A stretch of 63,568 nucleotides of DNA, filler included, from Choristocarpus tenellus KU-1152 (GCA_964200185.2; 11 parts of 11 records of this genome joined end to end with filler, not necessarily neighbours in it), one strand, 5' to 3'. Numbered from the whole stretch's first letter, positions 1 to 13,769 are shown. Made by a program: numbers and translations. Notes: generated by a model from the sequence alone, not told the origin.

Positions 1-1229
1 TAACTTTGTAGTCTCAATTTCCCGATGTCGAGATCTGAGTGAAGAGTCTCTCCCCCCCCCCCACTATTATTCTATCACATTGTACACAGAGACCAAGATG
101 GGACCCAACTCCTCCTTCCCGAAGTTGTGAAAAGTCGTCTCGGAACAACCTGAAGTGTTGAGTGATGGTGTTGGTAAATTCATATTGATGACGAATTTTC
201 AGAAGAAATACGGTGCAACGAGAACTGATTAGTGGAAAATGTGTGTGGTACATTTTGTTCAAGATTTTAACTGTTTTGCAGCCCACTTTTCTACTCTTGT
301 GAAGTTGACCTTGAAGAAATATCACAAATAGTATAAAGCATCAACACCCCCTCTCCATACTTTCTCACATATATATATAAACAATATCTCCAAAATGTCA
401 CAGAACAACGTAACAATATCTAGTTTGGGTTTTCTTTGTTCATTTTCAAGAACCAAAATTTGAACAAGTACATTGTATGTTCTATATATAGTGAACTTCG
501 GAGGTATGCATAGAGTAGTGGATTTATCCTGGCATTAGAGAGTTGTAGGTGAGAAGTCTAGGGGTACAAGACTGGTGAGTGGAAGTTATCAGAAATATTT
601 TTGGGGGGTTTTACAAACGGCATAATAGGATAATTTCCTCCAGTATTTTGCCACTGTTAAAAATCGTTCACAACATACACGAGTTGTTCGACATACACGA
701 AAAATCAAATATGACCTAAACAATATTTTGGTATCAGATACATCTCCGCAACACTGTTATCACTCATTCTCAAACATTTAAGGTTTGGTGGATTAACGGT
801 TAGTTGTCAGATGTCATTACAGTCCCTCCTCAGCAGTGTTGACCCACTTGAAGGCGCACCCATTATTCGTCCTCTTATGAAAGACACAGGTGTTCAGACG
901 AGATTTTCTGAACTGGATTCGGCGCATCTTTGAGTCTATAGTGTCAGACTGCCGAAGGGGATCACCACGCCTCTATGGACTACACCATGTGTTTATATCT
1001 TAACTGACCTTGCCACTCCTCTGTTGTTGGAGATTTTGTTTCTTCAGAAAAAAATTATTCTTGTGCTTGACAATTCCTTGTACCACCATAAGAATGGCTA
1101 GGAGACCAAGAAACTTTAATCTAACACCAAGGCCTACAATGACAGCATCTTGTAGAAGTATGGCATGCAAACGATTGCTACTCAGCGAGCTGAAGTGAAT
1201 TGCAACCTGGTGAATCCCCCTGAATAATG

Positions 1230-2420
1230 TTTTCCTTCATTGCATTTTAAGGGTGGTGTGAATTGTGAGGATGCTACAACCACGAGTGCAGGTTATGGAA
1301 ATGCAGGAAAGGAAAGAGAACTTGACAAGAATCTAAGGGACTTGTTTTGTTCTGGACGTTTGTGTCTTCTTTTCTAGTCCATTGAGTTATTTTGGTCGTA
1401 TGTCATGCACTACAACAGCATGCACTACGAAAAGGAGAGTGGTTTGTAGAAGGCTTGGGAGCAGACCAGACTCGGCTAGTATGAGAATCCAAAACGGAAG
1501 GGGAAGAAGAGTGGGTGGCTGCATACAATTTGTGACAAACTTGTGCGCCATGCGCACAAAGTCACTAGAGGATAGTGAAGGACAACGTGTTGACATGGGC
1601 ATTCACAATCATATATTCCCCCTAAGGCTGAGAATGAGGTTCCTCCAGTTTTAGAGATTGAGAATGATTTAGAGAATGATGTAGAGCAGGAGGATATGAA
1701 AAGGTGGATATAGACATATCAACTCCTCCTGTGAAGCTGTAAGAAAATACTGAGTACTTGAAAACAATGAGCTCATGAGTACAAAAAGCTTGGATACTTC
1801 AAGGCACAGGGTAGAGTTGAAGTGCTAGGTGTCGTTCTGTATCGTTTTTTGCTATTCCAACTCGGCACGTAGGCAATGTGTTCTCAGCAATCTGCAAAGG
1901 AGATAGATATATCATTATAGTATGTTCCTGGTCGTTTGGAAGTCACATATTGACCAATTATGGCGGGATGTTCCACCAAGTATGGGAATTTGAACATGGT
2001 GGGTGGTGGAAATCCGAACCCCAACTGAGATTGGGCAGATAGTGTGAATTTGTCCTGCTAATCCGAAATGAAAAGGATGTATATGGGCTATTATGGTCAG
2101 GATCGTGGTGTTATGGCTTGGGAGGACCACGCAGATATGGAATGTCCTCATGATGACAAGAGTGATGTGAAGGGTTGTGCGAGTTTTCCGGTGGGAATCA
2201 CTCTTGCCAACTCAAGCCTGCTGGTGAGGAGAGGAGGACATCCATTTTGCCCGACAATGATCTCTGTTATGATGAAATGAACTCGTCCAGGTTGAACTTG
2301 TCCATGGTGAGGAAGGTGATATCTCATCATACGGGGGATGACAAAGCAGATTATTTGACAGACACTCGGAAGGAAGTGTTGAAACTTAGAATGGATAAAT
2401 GAGTGATGGTTTGGGTAACA
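1230..2420 (+). mobile_element. Possible copia 5' region (PBS and decayed gag)
   Basis: CA|GGTTATGG at about 1289-1298 resembles the copia-type PBS start. It is followed by broken gag-like ORFs (1382-1654). Confidence 0.25.
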
Positions 2421-2424
2421 CTTT

Positions 2425-2601
2425 GTCTCAAAGTATCTGGGGGAGGTGGAAGCTGTCCATTCGGGGTCCATTTTTCCATGTCACAATTTTTGGTTGATTT
2501 GGTTGCATACTTCGGGTGGATAGTGTAAGTGCGTTTCTCCTAACCAGGGTCCGAATGGACACTCTGGTGTAGACCCCCCCCCCCCCCAGATACTTTGAGC
2601 C
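2425..2601. mobile_element. MITE family A (about 180 bp), complete
   Basis: GTCTCAAAGTATCTGGGGG...CCCCCAGATACTTTGAGCC. CTTTG occurs at both junctions, so the exact TSD register is ambiguous. Confidence 0.85.
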
Positions 2602-2614
2602 TTTGCGTTGAGTG

Positions 2615-2714
2615 NNNNNNNNNNNNNNNNNNNNNNNNNNNNNNNNNNNNNNNNNNNNTTAATTAATTAANNNNNNNNNNNNNNNNNNNNNNNNNNNNNN
2701 NNNNNNNNNNNNNN
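2615..2714. other. Artificial contig-joining spacer (one of ten)
   Basis: N-run, TTAATTAATTAA (stops in all six frames), N-run. Also at 7146, 11664, 15163, 17990, 25946, 28720, 35835, 44580 and 58419. Confidence 0.98.
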
Positions 2715-2739
2715 CCCCCCCTCCCAGATACTTTGAGTC

Positions 2740-5700
2740 CAATGTCTGCTTTCGCCACAGGAATTTGGTGATGTGCTGATTGAACATCTGCAACAGAAAG
2801 AAATTTTGCTGCACCAATAGAATTAAGATGTTCTTCAGCTAAAGGCATGGGCCAAGAACGTTTAATTAGGTGTTTATTTATGGTCCGTCGATAATCAATG
2901 CAGAATCTTGGGGTCCCATCCATCTTCTTAGCAAGAATAGTAACAGGGGAACCCCATGAGGTAGACCAAGCTTCAACTAATCCTTGGTTTTGTAAATCTT
3001 CAACACATTTATTAATAATACCTCTAACATGTGGATTGCTTCGATATGATGCTCGACTAAATAAGTCTGGTACCTGGTTCAAGAGGAAAATCGGCTTCAC
3101 AATGGTGCAAGCTCCCAACTCAGAGGTGTCGAGGGAAAATACTGAACGGAATTTGGCACAAAGATTCAGTGTATCTTGTATTTGAGGTGAAGAGAAAGTA
3201 GTGTTGGCAAAGGCAGGTTACAACGCATTATCAAGACGCGTTCGTTCAGACCTAGATAGAGATGTTGCAGTGTGAGAGTGTTTGGTATTGACTATATTTG
3301 CAGGGTAGATGTGACCAAGTAGAGTATTCATTGGTAAATGAATTTCTTGTGAGGACATACTAATAATTTGTACTACCCCTGATCTGTCATCAGAATCCCA
3401 CGTTGTAACTGTTCGAGCAACAGCAGTAACTTGCCAAAGGATCATTAATTTATAATGAATCAATATCATGAAATGAACAGATGCGTGGTTCTAAAACAGC
3501 ATCACAAGTATCAGAGGGGTTTTCATCACCTACAGCAGATACACAAGCGTTTCTGATTCTGGGGGAATGGAATTTTTTTCCCTCAGACGAAATGGGACAG
3601 ATGGAACTTTCGCTTGTATAGCTGCAATTTGAACAGGGGATGACATATCAAAAGAAGGGGTAGTACGATGGATGGCAAGTGTAACAGTTGCGCTTTTTTG
3701 GAATGATTACCTTTGGGTTTTCCAGTCATATGTTGCTCCAAAAGCATCCAGAACACTGTTATCAAGAAGAACGTCATCAGGTCCTAGATTGGGCAACACT
3801 AAAGCTTCAACTGGGATTGTAATATCACCTAATTAAAGAGAAAACCTGATAAACCCCATGATGGTCAAAGTACTGTCATCTGCAGGACAAAGATTGATTT
3901 CACCTGGTGGAATTGGTTCAATATGGGAATTCTGGAGCTTAGAGTGGGAACTTAGAAATTTGTGAGAAATACATGGTATATCACTCGCAGTGTCCAAGGT
4001 CAATGTGGCTGGTTCAGAATTATTTTTTCTCTCAACACGTACTCGTTTGGATGATGATTTTATACACAAAGGAAGAGATGCATAATGTCACAATGCACTG
4101 GAATACCATGGGAAAGTATTTTTATTATTAGAGTTCTGATCTGCACCTAAAGGAAAAATTGGACGTGAAGCATGTTTATTCTGGATGTGTTGAGGAATAA
4201 ACCGTGCTTGTGGAGCCAATGCTACAGTAGACGAATCATGTTCGTTCGTTTTACAACCGGGTCAAAGTATCTGTGGGGGGGGTGTTGGCATCCGTTTTTC
4301 ACACTCTTTTCGATTTTCACTTTTTAGGATGATTTGGTCGTATGTGTCGGATTTGAAACGCGAGCAAAAAAGGGAAGACTGTTGGTCAGGTTCCTTTCTC
4401 TCGTTTCGTACGCAAGAGGAATGGGACTATATGCCACCATTTACTTGGTTTGGTTAGGAGTTTCGACGTTTGCATGTGTCGGATTTCGAGTCTGTTCAAA
4501 CTAGACTGTTGGTTTATGTATGTGGTCGTGCAGTTACGATGAAGGATAAGAGATATGGGTTGGGTTGTTCCAGGGCTGGGTATTGGTTTGTTTGGTTGCA
4601 TGAGTGGAATTTGTTTGACGTATAAAGAAGACTGTCGGTTAGGGTGTGTTCTCCCACTGTTGGATGAGGAATTGAGAAAAAGAATATGGGTTGTTGGGAG
4701 GCTGTTTTTTTCGTTTATTTGCTTGCATGAGTCGTGTCCGGTGTGTACATAAAGAGGACTGTCAGTTTGGGCCTATTCTCCTGGTGTGCACACGAGGAAC
4801 CAAAACATATAGAGTCAAAGTATCTTAGAGGGTAGAGCACTGTCCATTTGGGGGTCAAAATCCAATGTTGTGACTTTGATGATGTAATTTTACCTATCGT
4901 GTTTGTTAGGAAGTGTCAATTATCCAATGTTGTGATTTTGATGTAATTTCACCTATCGTGTTCGTTAGGAAGTGTCGATATTCTTGTTCCAGATACACCT
5001 TTCCATAACGTATATATATTTCACCTACTCCAAAAAAATTTCGAGTAGGAAAATGTTATAATAAACCCCAAGAGGAGCCAAGTACCATAAAAGGGACAAA
5101 CAGGGCAAAACTCGTACCCTCTAATATACTTTAACTCTATCTATATCATGTACAGTTTGTAACACTTCGTTTATTTGCGTGCATGTATTGGATTTAGTAT
5201 GTAATAAGACGTTGTCGCTGAGGGTGTTAGAGTTGAAATTGTTTGTATGAAGGAAGGGAAAAAGGTCAGGTTTTGTTTTCGGGTTAGTGTATTATCTCTC
5301 ATATAAGGTGTGGACGGAATCTGGAGGTGTATGCGAGTGGTTATTGGTCAAGGTCTATTGTCGTACGTTTCTCTAAAAGTAGTTCAAGGTGCACTTCCAG
5401 AGGTCCTGGGTTGGTCTCGTGCTTAGGAGCATCGTGCGTGGACTTCAGTATATGATCCTCCAAGATTAGAAGGAGGACGAGATCGGTTCTAGTTTGTCAA
5501 CAATTGGACAAAGCATGAGATGGTACATATATTATTGAGAAGAAGGGGGGAAGTGCGTTATAGTGTTCAAGGAATATGTAGCGGCTTTGAGAAGGACAGT
5601 GTATCCATCGTAGGCCCTGTCGAATTGTTTGGAAAGGTTATCTGAAAAGATGGAGAAGAGTTGTTTAATTGATGCATTATATTTTAGTTGTCTAAACCTT

Positions 5701-5926
5701 GTAGCAGACACGTTATTTTAAAGTAATAATAACACAGGTCTAACCCTCAACGTGAGCATGATATATGATACACTGACGACTCTGACTGGTAGCAATGTAT
5801 CCGATACCACTGTCTAAGTGCGTAACTCATCGAAAGGAAAGTGCATGAACGTGGTAGTCGGATATCAAGGCAAGGTAAACTGATGCATAAATCAGTGTAC
5901 CTGTAACTCTATCCGTACCTAAAACA
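2740..5926 (-). mobile_element. Degenerate Ty3/gypsy LTR retrotransposon (gag-protease-RT), interrupted by MITEs
   Basis: RT 2740-3118: STSWGSPVTILAKKMDGTPRFCIDYRRTIN...WPMP...AKFLSVADVQSAHHQIPV. Aspartic protease LDTASDIPCIS in ORF 3833-4069. Frameshifts and stops present. Tentative 5' LTR at about 5700-5926 (TG...CA), low certainty. Confidence 0.8.
4812..5137. mobile_element. MITE family B with internal duplication of about 60 bp
   Basis: GAGTCAAAGTATCTTAGAGGGTA...TACCCTCTAATATACTTTAACTC. Flanks TATA/TATC. Inserted in the gypsy gag region. Confidence 0.85.
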
Positions 5927-6443
5927 GAAATGTCTGAATCCCTATTTCAATTGGTGGGCGGACTCGAAATTGCATTCGTCACCCTTCTCCCACCACTCTG
6001 TGAGCATAGGGTATGCCTCGACAAGAAGGTGGCATAGATTTAGGAGTGTGGAGTATCTGGCGTTCCAAGGTTCGGGCCTCACAAGGCTCAAGAAGATAGC
6101 CTTCCTCGCCTGGAGTGCTTCCACATGCTCGAGATGCAACGTGCTGCCTGACTTCCCTCCACGATGGCCGAGTTTGACCCGTGTCGGCTCGTAGACGTAG
6201 CACTCATCCCCAAAACAAGAGAAACGGCCCCTTTACCGGCCTTGACGATCCTGAGCCCGTGGTCATTTATGACCTGGTTGAGTATTTGAGTCTGCACTCG
6301 ATATTGTGCAGAAGCAGGTTTCGTTGCCGAAAGTAGGAGTTCGGTAACGCACACCTCCACGAAGGCTTTCGTGGTCCCCAAATCGGATGCATCCCCATGA
6401 GATGACCTCTCGTCGCCATCGTCGTACGTAGATATAGATGAAG

Positions 6444-6576
6444 GACCCAAAGTATCTGGGGGGGGGGGGTCGTCTACACCAGGGTCATAACCAGGAAAAG
6501 TGCGTTTACATTATCCGTCTGACGTATGAAACCAAATCACACAAAATTCGCGACATGAAAAAATTGACCCCAAATG
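6444..6576. mobile_element. MITE family A, truncated by copia insertion
   Basis: GACCCAAAGTATCTGGGG...AAATTGACCCCAAATG directly followed by the copia LTR end TGTTGA. Confidence 0.8.
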
Positions 6577-7145
6577 TGTTGAGAAGCTTGGCGCATCTAA
6601 GGCTCGTCGCCAGAAGCTAGCTGTTGAACTATATGGTAAAACACACACTGAATTATTAATTGCCTGTCAACCATCCATCATCACTGATGTGTGGATTAAT
6701 GTTGACTTAATATATTTTATATACGTACGTACTCTGTATCATACCTAACCAAATATAAACGTACGTATAACCTATGTTGTATACTTGTGTCAGCACAAAC
6801 AACGTAAGGATAACACTAGGTTATTCGACATCCTCCCCTTGCTGAAAACAATTATTAACTCTCAAACAATCATAAAACAAAAAAATCAAATCAAATCAAA
6901 AACTTCACATGTTGTCTAAAAACTCGAACTGGCAAATTCTTGGTCAAGACATCTGCCCTCTGGTTTGCAGTACCAACAAGAACAACACGAATCTCTCCTT
7001 TTTTTCTAGACAAATCCCTTAAAAAATGATGTCGGACATCTATGTGCTTTGTTCTAGTAGAGCTTGTGGCATTTCGTACTAGTTTGCATGCACCATCATT
7101 ATCCTCAAACAAATCAATGCAACGCCTAGGAAACTGTGGCTGAAT
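6577..7145 (-). mobile_element. Ty1/copia 3' end: RNase H, PPT and 254-bp 3' LTR
   Basis: ORF 6891-7112 FEDNDGACKL...RTKHIDVRHHFLRD...QRADVLTKNL. PPT AAGGGGAGGA (6831-6840, minus) abuts LTR 6830-6577 with TGTCGA...TCAACA ends. Confidence 0.85.
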
Positions 7146-8311
7146 NNNNNNNNNNNNNNNNNNNNNNNNNNNNNNNNNNNNNNNNNNNNTTAATTAATTA
7201 ANNNNNNNNNNNNNNNNNNNNNNNNNNNNNNNNNNNNNNNNNNNNCCCGATACTTTGACCCAGTATAGTATAGTACAGACAATCCCCCCCCCCCCGTCGC
7301 CTCAAGACTGCTTGTAGTACTCCCTCTTTTGCTTGTTATTCCCAGGCATGGTTAGGGTTAGGGTTTGGACATTGAACGTTCCAAATGGCCACAGCAAGCA
7401 AGCTCTCTGTTTTTGGTCCTTCCGGGGTCTTTTATTTATTTGTTATATTTAACATCTCTCACATTGAGGTAGACAGTGTCTATAATGATAATGATGGGGG
7501 GAGTCCCTGGACCTTGAGACCTCAGAAATATCAGAAAAGAGAGGGAGGAGACTGTGTGTTCAACAAGAACAACTCGGAATGTTCTAACTATCTAAACCCT
7601 AACCCTTGGAATGAAAAGAATGGAGAGAGAGGGCTATGCAGTGGTCTTCATGCAACAGGCTTGGGGATTGTGTATAGGATTAGGGTTAGGGTTAGATCCC
7701 ATCGCTGTATCCTCTTCCTAATTCCACAGAACCTACAGTAAAGATTGCATTTTTTAAAGATTAAATAAATAATAAACTAGAATGAAACAGATTTCCTATT
7801 CAAATACACAAGGAAATAAAAAAAAACAAAAACAAAGTGCAACCAAAGCCATTCTGCCAAGAGTCAATAGATTGCTTGTTTATCAAAGAGTAACCCTAAC
7901 CCCTCAATTGAAGGACTTTGATCCATCAGCTATTTTGTCGCACGTATCTGCGAGCTGCACGTACATTACTTATTTTTTTTGAGCTGTTCAACAACAATAC
8001 ACATGTAACTTACTTCTGTTGACAAGTGAGACACAAAATAAATGACTCTGATTGGTCGAGATTTGAGCGGTTAAAAGAGGTGCTCTCCTACAAATAAAAA
8101 AAGAAAGGGAACTGAGTTTAACAAATAAAAGACCCTTTCATGCACTCGATAGATAGTTACACTCAATTTAAACACAAAATAATTGCACTCAGAATAATTA
8201 ATTTATATATATATATATTTTATTATTCCTAAAGTGTTTGTTCACAGTACAACAACACAAGGCCGGAGTTACAATCAAAGGGCCTTCTGAGTCAGCCACA
8301 CACAAACTCAC

Positions 8312-8491
8312 TCTAGTAGACCTTGGTAGTTCTGTCATCTCTAGTGTTAGGGCATCGACCATGCCATCCGACCCTGATTCCAAAGTAGCACCCAGGTCTG
8401 ATGGAGGCAGTTTCCGAGCTTCTTCTCCTGCCCTGTCTCCATCAAAGAAGGAACTGCACCCAACCAAAAACCAAAAAAGAGTGTTTGTGTT

Positions 8492-8543
<52 letters not shown>

Positions 8544-8554
8544 GGGGGGGGGGG

Positions 8555-8590
<36 letters not shown>

Positions 8591-11439
8591 AAAGGAAAAA
8601 AAAAAAAAAAAAAAGNNNNNNNNNGGGGGGGGGATGGAGGAAAATACACAAATTAAAATAAAATAAAGAAATAATAGGTGCAGAAGAAACCAAATGTAAA
8701 TACACTTAGGAGTAATTTTTTTATTATTATTCCAATAAGAAAAAAAATCGTACGATCGTGCTGTCAACTCAAAAAACCTCATTTTTTTCTTATAGATTCC
8801 CCCCCCCCCGGCATTTCATTTTTCTAGAACCTGTGAACATTTTTTTTTCTAAAATAAGAACATAAATAGTGAACCACCTAACAACCCCCCCTCACTGAAA
8901 ATCACTAGTAGTACAGAAGAGTAATAAAAATATTAATAATAAAAACCATCGGCACTAACACATAAAAAGATATAATCGCCTTGCGTGGACATTCCCTTTA
9001 CATTAAACCAATCAAACGAACCCAAAGCGTATTTCCCTATTAAAAAATAAAATATTTTTCTTACTCTAGTTAAAAAAAAAACTCAACTCTGTTAAAAACC
9101 TCTAAAAACAACACATTCACAAACAATTTGACTAAAAATGATTCTTTATTTTTTTTATTGACATAAAAAGGTATAGAAATTTCTTTGTATTGCGACACAG
9201 TGAACACACACACATACACACACGAGGGGGATAGAGAGATAGATAGATAGAGATGCTACTTCTCCATGCATATATGTGGAAGGCCCCTTAAGGTCGCAAG
9301 GTCTGAGAGGAGTCTGTTTGACTATACAACGAGGGGGCTCAAGGAAAAAAAAAAAAATCCAACTTCAAAACGCCCTGGAAAGACTACAAAACCCCTCCTT
9401 TCTAGTGCACACGACACAACTACATAGTCAGTCAACCTACCCCTGCTTGTTTGGGATCAATTTGTACAGCTTTTAGGGTTAGGGTTAAAAAAAAGCACAA
9501 GATGGTCTGTATTTTTTTAATTTTTTTTTAACCTTCATGCAAATCTCGCAAGAAACACTCTAAAACAAAAAAAAATGTAAGTAAAATCTGACTCTTACGT
9601 CTACCTTTTCTAGACTGCCCGGTGTGAGGCACCACAAGAAACGCCTTCCTGATACAATATTTTTCTCATCCACTCACACAACACATGTTTAAACTGAAGC
9701 TGACCAGAGGAAGGGTGATTACAACAACAACAACAATAATAACAATAAAAATAATTCACGCTTTTATTCCATCCCATCCAAAAACACTTTTATTATTATT
9801 ATTATTATGAAAAACCCCTCGACACGGAACCATTCACACACCAGCTAAAAAAAAAAAGAAGATAAAAAACAGTTAAAAAAAATTAATAAACAAAAAATCA
9901 TGCAGGATTGAAATATATATACATACACACACACACACACATAACTATAAAATGAATAAACAAAACAGAACGAATGAACTCGATGCTCTATCTCCCGAAT
10001 CTCAATCCCCTTGGTACACACATCTAACTCAGGTCTGCTCACCACGCCATCACCAACGACGCCTGCGCAATCACCCGAACTCCTCCATCTAACTCAGGTC
10101 CCAGGTCAAGCAACTGCAAAACATGAGCAGGTGACGAAAACAAACAAGGAGGAAAGCATTACGGGATGATTATGGTTATGGTATGGAATAAAGCAAAGGT
10201 GTATTTACTGCTCTAATAACAATATTCCCTCTTAATACACACCCAACCCTAACCCTAACCCTAATACACTAAAGAAATAAGGAAAGACCACCATAACAAA
10301 AAAACCTTCCAAACTTTTTTTTGACAATGACTTAGACTCCATCCAGGATTTCCCCATCTCTCTCCCCTCCCCCGCCCCCTGCAAGCTCCAACCATTAATA
10401 ACGCCTCCTCCAGCTATCTCAAACCTTATCTTAGGCCGAGATGGTCCATATACCACAACATTATGATAACTTGATAACAAAGACACTCCAAGGCAGTTAC
10501 AATGATCTACAAACAGCTTCACCTCCCTCCATTCATACCAGCACTAGATCATTCTTCATCATATAAGATCATTCTTCATCTCTATCCAACTATGACACCT
10601 GGCCTTGATGTGATACAACACCCTTTCCCAGGTTACCCATTTACTACTATTACATTATTATTACTATTGATGCTACTTCTAAGCTCAAAGCATGCATTCA
10701 TCTGCACATAGAGAACCTCACACGTGCTGCTCTAAAAATTGACAGTAATGCCGCAACACATTCAACACAGTTATATCATCTATCTTTCAACTTCAATCTT
10801 CTCCACCCCCTCACCCCATGTACCCATTCCCATGTGGTCAAAGTATCTGGAGTTGTACTTAGCATTTTTTTAATCCTCTTGGAGCTGAAGCACTAGCTTC
10901 TAGTATTTTTAAAATTCATTTCCAGGAAAAAATAATATTAACTCAGACATGAGAGATCAAATACTGCTTACCCTAACCTCAACACTGTTACAATAATACT
11001 AATAAAAAATATCAATCATGTTCTATTTCCAGGAAAAAAGAACATTAACTCAAACATGAGAGACCAAACTACTGATACTACTTACCCTAACCCTAATAAC
11101 GTCAAAAAAATACTATCAATGCAGTTAATATTATCATTACGACTAACCCTAACTCTAACCCTAACCCGATACCATTACTGCCACTAAAAAATCATTATCA
11201 GTACAGACAATATCATAAACCCAACCGACCCTAACCCTAACCCTAACTACTGTTTATTAAACTATCAAAAATAACAAAAAATCTATCAACACACACAACA
11301 TGACAACTGCTATTAACCCTAACCCTAATACCACCAGTACCTTAGAGTAACCATCAGCCGCCTCCTCATACCGGCCTGCTTCCAGCAGCCAGTCCGCCAT
11401 CCCCAACAATGCCTTCATTTTCGGCTCTCCCTCAATACC
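8312..11439 (-). CDS. Internal exons of an uncharacterised helical/TPR-like protein
   Basis: GC-richer islands with AG/GT ends and consistent phases: 11439-11341 (GIEGEPKMKALLGMADWLLEAGRYEEAADGYSK, TPR-like), 10113-10043 (LLDLGPELDGGVRVIAQASLVMA) and 8453-8312. Additional small exons near 9270-9650 are possible. Confidence 0.5.
8481..8632. repeat. Compound (GTTTGT)/(GT)n-polyG-polyA tract with internal gap
   Basis: Direct reading. Lies in an intron; low-quality sequence. Confidence 0.9.
11083..11328. repeat. Cluster of short interstitial telomere-type (CCCTAA)n repeats
   Basis: Tracts of 2-4 units at about 11083, 11144, 11228 and 11314, inside an intron. Confidence 0.8.
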
Positions 11440-12689
11440 CTGCCAGGCAGACAACGGGATTTTTTTTTTCGAAGTGAAAATAAAATAAAATAAAATAAAA
11501 TAAAATTAGGGTTAGGGATTATCTTTGAAAAAAATTATTGTCCCATCGCCTCGATACACTCGCAAAAGGTACAGTCCGTTACGTCAAAGCAAAACGCCTC
11601 CACAACGTTTGATAAAACCCCCTTCCCGACAAAGCCGCTCCCTCACGTGATCACCCCTCCACGNNNNNNNNNNNNNNNNNNNNNNNNNNNNNNNNNNNNN
11701 NNNNNNNTTAATTAATTAANNNNNNNNNNNNNNNNNNNNNNNNNNNNNNNNNNNNNNNNNNNNGTGCACGTTTCCAGGTGATGCCCCAAATGGACACCCT
11801 GGTGTAGACCGCCCCCGCCCCCGCAGATACTTTGGGTCACAGGCGAATAGCGCGAGTATTTCTTCCCGCACTTTAACCGGCGCGAGCAGTGTATGCGCGT
11901 GGGGAACCCCAAAAGGGGGAACTCCAATTTGCTAAAAAGTTACAGAATAAAATCTGTAACTCGGGAAAGTCGCAAGGGTTCCCAGATGGAAAGGTCGCAA
12001 AGGTTCTCAGATATATTCCAATGTCTGTAAACCAAAGCAGCCCCAACGATAAATGATGGTAAGAGATCCTAAAAATGGCTCCAAACAGCTCAGTTCTTCT
12101 GACCTAGAGACCCCACCCATAGCACTCTCAAAATCTGATATCGAAAAAATACATATTTCTTACGCTGATTGATTCATTTGAGAGTACCCCTGTTCTCCTG
12201 AGCTGACGTTCGTTAATATGTGAATTGGAGCTACCCATCCTGTGGAGGTAAGTTTGTGGAGCGTGCCTGTAACACAAGTGTGGAATCAGGAAGAGAAAAA
12301 AGTTTCCTTACCCACACAATGAAACCAGAGCAATAAAAGAAGAAAAACAATCGTCAACCCAACAAAGTAATAGCCTCAGCGCGAATTCAAGAATTGTGAA
12401 CACGAAAAAGCTCATCTTTCAAAGAAGGATTGTGTGAAGTACCTAGAACAAGAGCACCGAACACAGTACAGTATCAATTCTAATACCAGCACCAGCCAGA
12501 CCAATAGTCGCAAGGCCAGCACCTACAAGTTTAGCAATTTATACTGAACATAATCATAGACAAGAAAAAATTGGGACCCTTTCAGCGAAAGAAGAGATTT
12601 GTTTTGCTCCCGAATTCTGGATTATTATTATTTTAATTCTCTGTTTGCAATCCATTCCCCTTTTCCTCCCCATTGTACCCCCACCTATG

Positions 12690-13280
12690 ATCACCCAGTG
12701 CGACCTCTTCGTCACTGCTTTGCTGTCCTTCCCCCCCCTTTCTTTGCGATGGTCAACCAATGTGAACCCCTTTGACCACTGATTTCTAGCCAACGCCCAC
12801 CTCTGATGACCAACCAGGGCGAACCCCCTTCACAACTGAGTCAAAGTATCTTAGAGGGTAGAGGTGCGTCCATTTGGGGCCCAAAATCCAATATTGCGAT
12901 TTTGATGTAATTTTGGCTATTATTGTGTTTGTTAGGAAGTGTCAATATCCTTGTTCGGACACACCTTTTCATAACATACACATTTCACCTACTCCGAAAC
13001 ATTTTGGAAAAGAAAAAAGAACCCTGGGAAGCCAGGCCCCAAACGGATACACAGGGCAAAAACTCGTACCCTCTAAGATACTTTCAGTCACTGGTTTCCA
13101 GTTAACCCCCACATCTGATGACCAACCAGTGCAACCCCTTTGCTACTGATTTCCAGTCACCTCCCCCCATCTGATGAACCACCCGGGCGAACCCTCTTCA
13201 TCACTGATTTCCAGTCACCCCCCACATCTGATGACCAATCAGTGCAACCCCTTTGCTACTGATTTCCAGTCACCCCCACC
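12690..13280. repeat. Minisatellite, unit about 55 bp (CATCTGATGACCAACC...ACTGATTTCCAGTCACCCC)
   Basis: At least 6 degenerate units with alternating variants, split by the MITE at 12838-13089. Confidence 0.8.
12838..13089. mobile_element. MITE family B inserted in a minisatellite
   Basis: GAGTCAAAGTATCTTAGAGGGTA...TACCCTCTAAGATACTTTCAGTC. ACT(G) is duplicated at the flanks. Confidence 0.85.
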
Positions 13281-13769
13281 ACCCTTCAACCCCACACAAG
13301 TTGCCACTCTGCTCAACACCACTCCACAATCATCCAAGAACACCCCTTCATCATGCACTTCATACCGTGCCTTTGAACTAGAAGACATCTACCCCGCCTG
13401 AACTTGACCTCCCCTCCTCCACGCATCCCTATCGGTTGTGACCAAGCAACAGGACGGGTGGGTGGGAAAGCTTGCTGGGAGGTTATCTTGTTCTCGCCCT
13501 CCTCGTCTTGTACCCTTAGCCCCTCAGCAATATTTTCAATATTGACCACTCCTTCTCCCCTCGTGTCTTCTCCTACCACTCATTTCTTCAACTTCTCTCC
13601 TCCCTCTCTTAACCCCTCATTACTTAACTATTCGTTCCCTCTTGCTAATTCTTATTGTTCCCTCTACCCCTTCCCTTTTCCTGTGCCCCAACCAACCAGA
13701 ATTCTATCACCCACAAAATTCAGATTACTTATAAACTTTCCCTTTGTAACACGTGAGATTCAAAATCTT

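Noticed and set aside
14-1000. Possible gypsy integrase C-terminus/chromodomain and PPT on the minus strand
   Set aside because: Only faint motif echoes across broken frames; not supportable.
5942-6443. GC-rich coding-like fragment (PEPWNARYSTL, hAT TRWNS-like)
   Set aside because: Too short and frameshifted to assign.
8198-8782. ORFs with poly-F/P/K/G and TH repeats
   Set aside because: Translation of microsatellite and homopolymer tracts. Only 8312-8453 looks exonic.
12690-13280. CRISPR-like appearance of repeated units of about 55 bp
   Set aside because: Units are similar over their whole length with no unique spacers, no cas genes and a eukaryotic context. It is a minisatellite.
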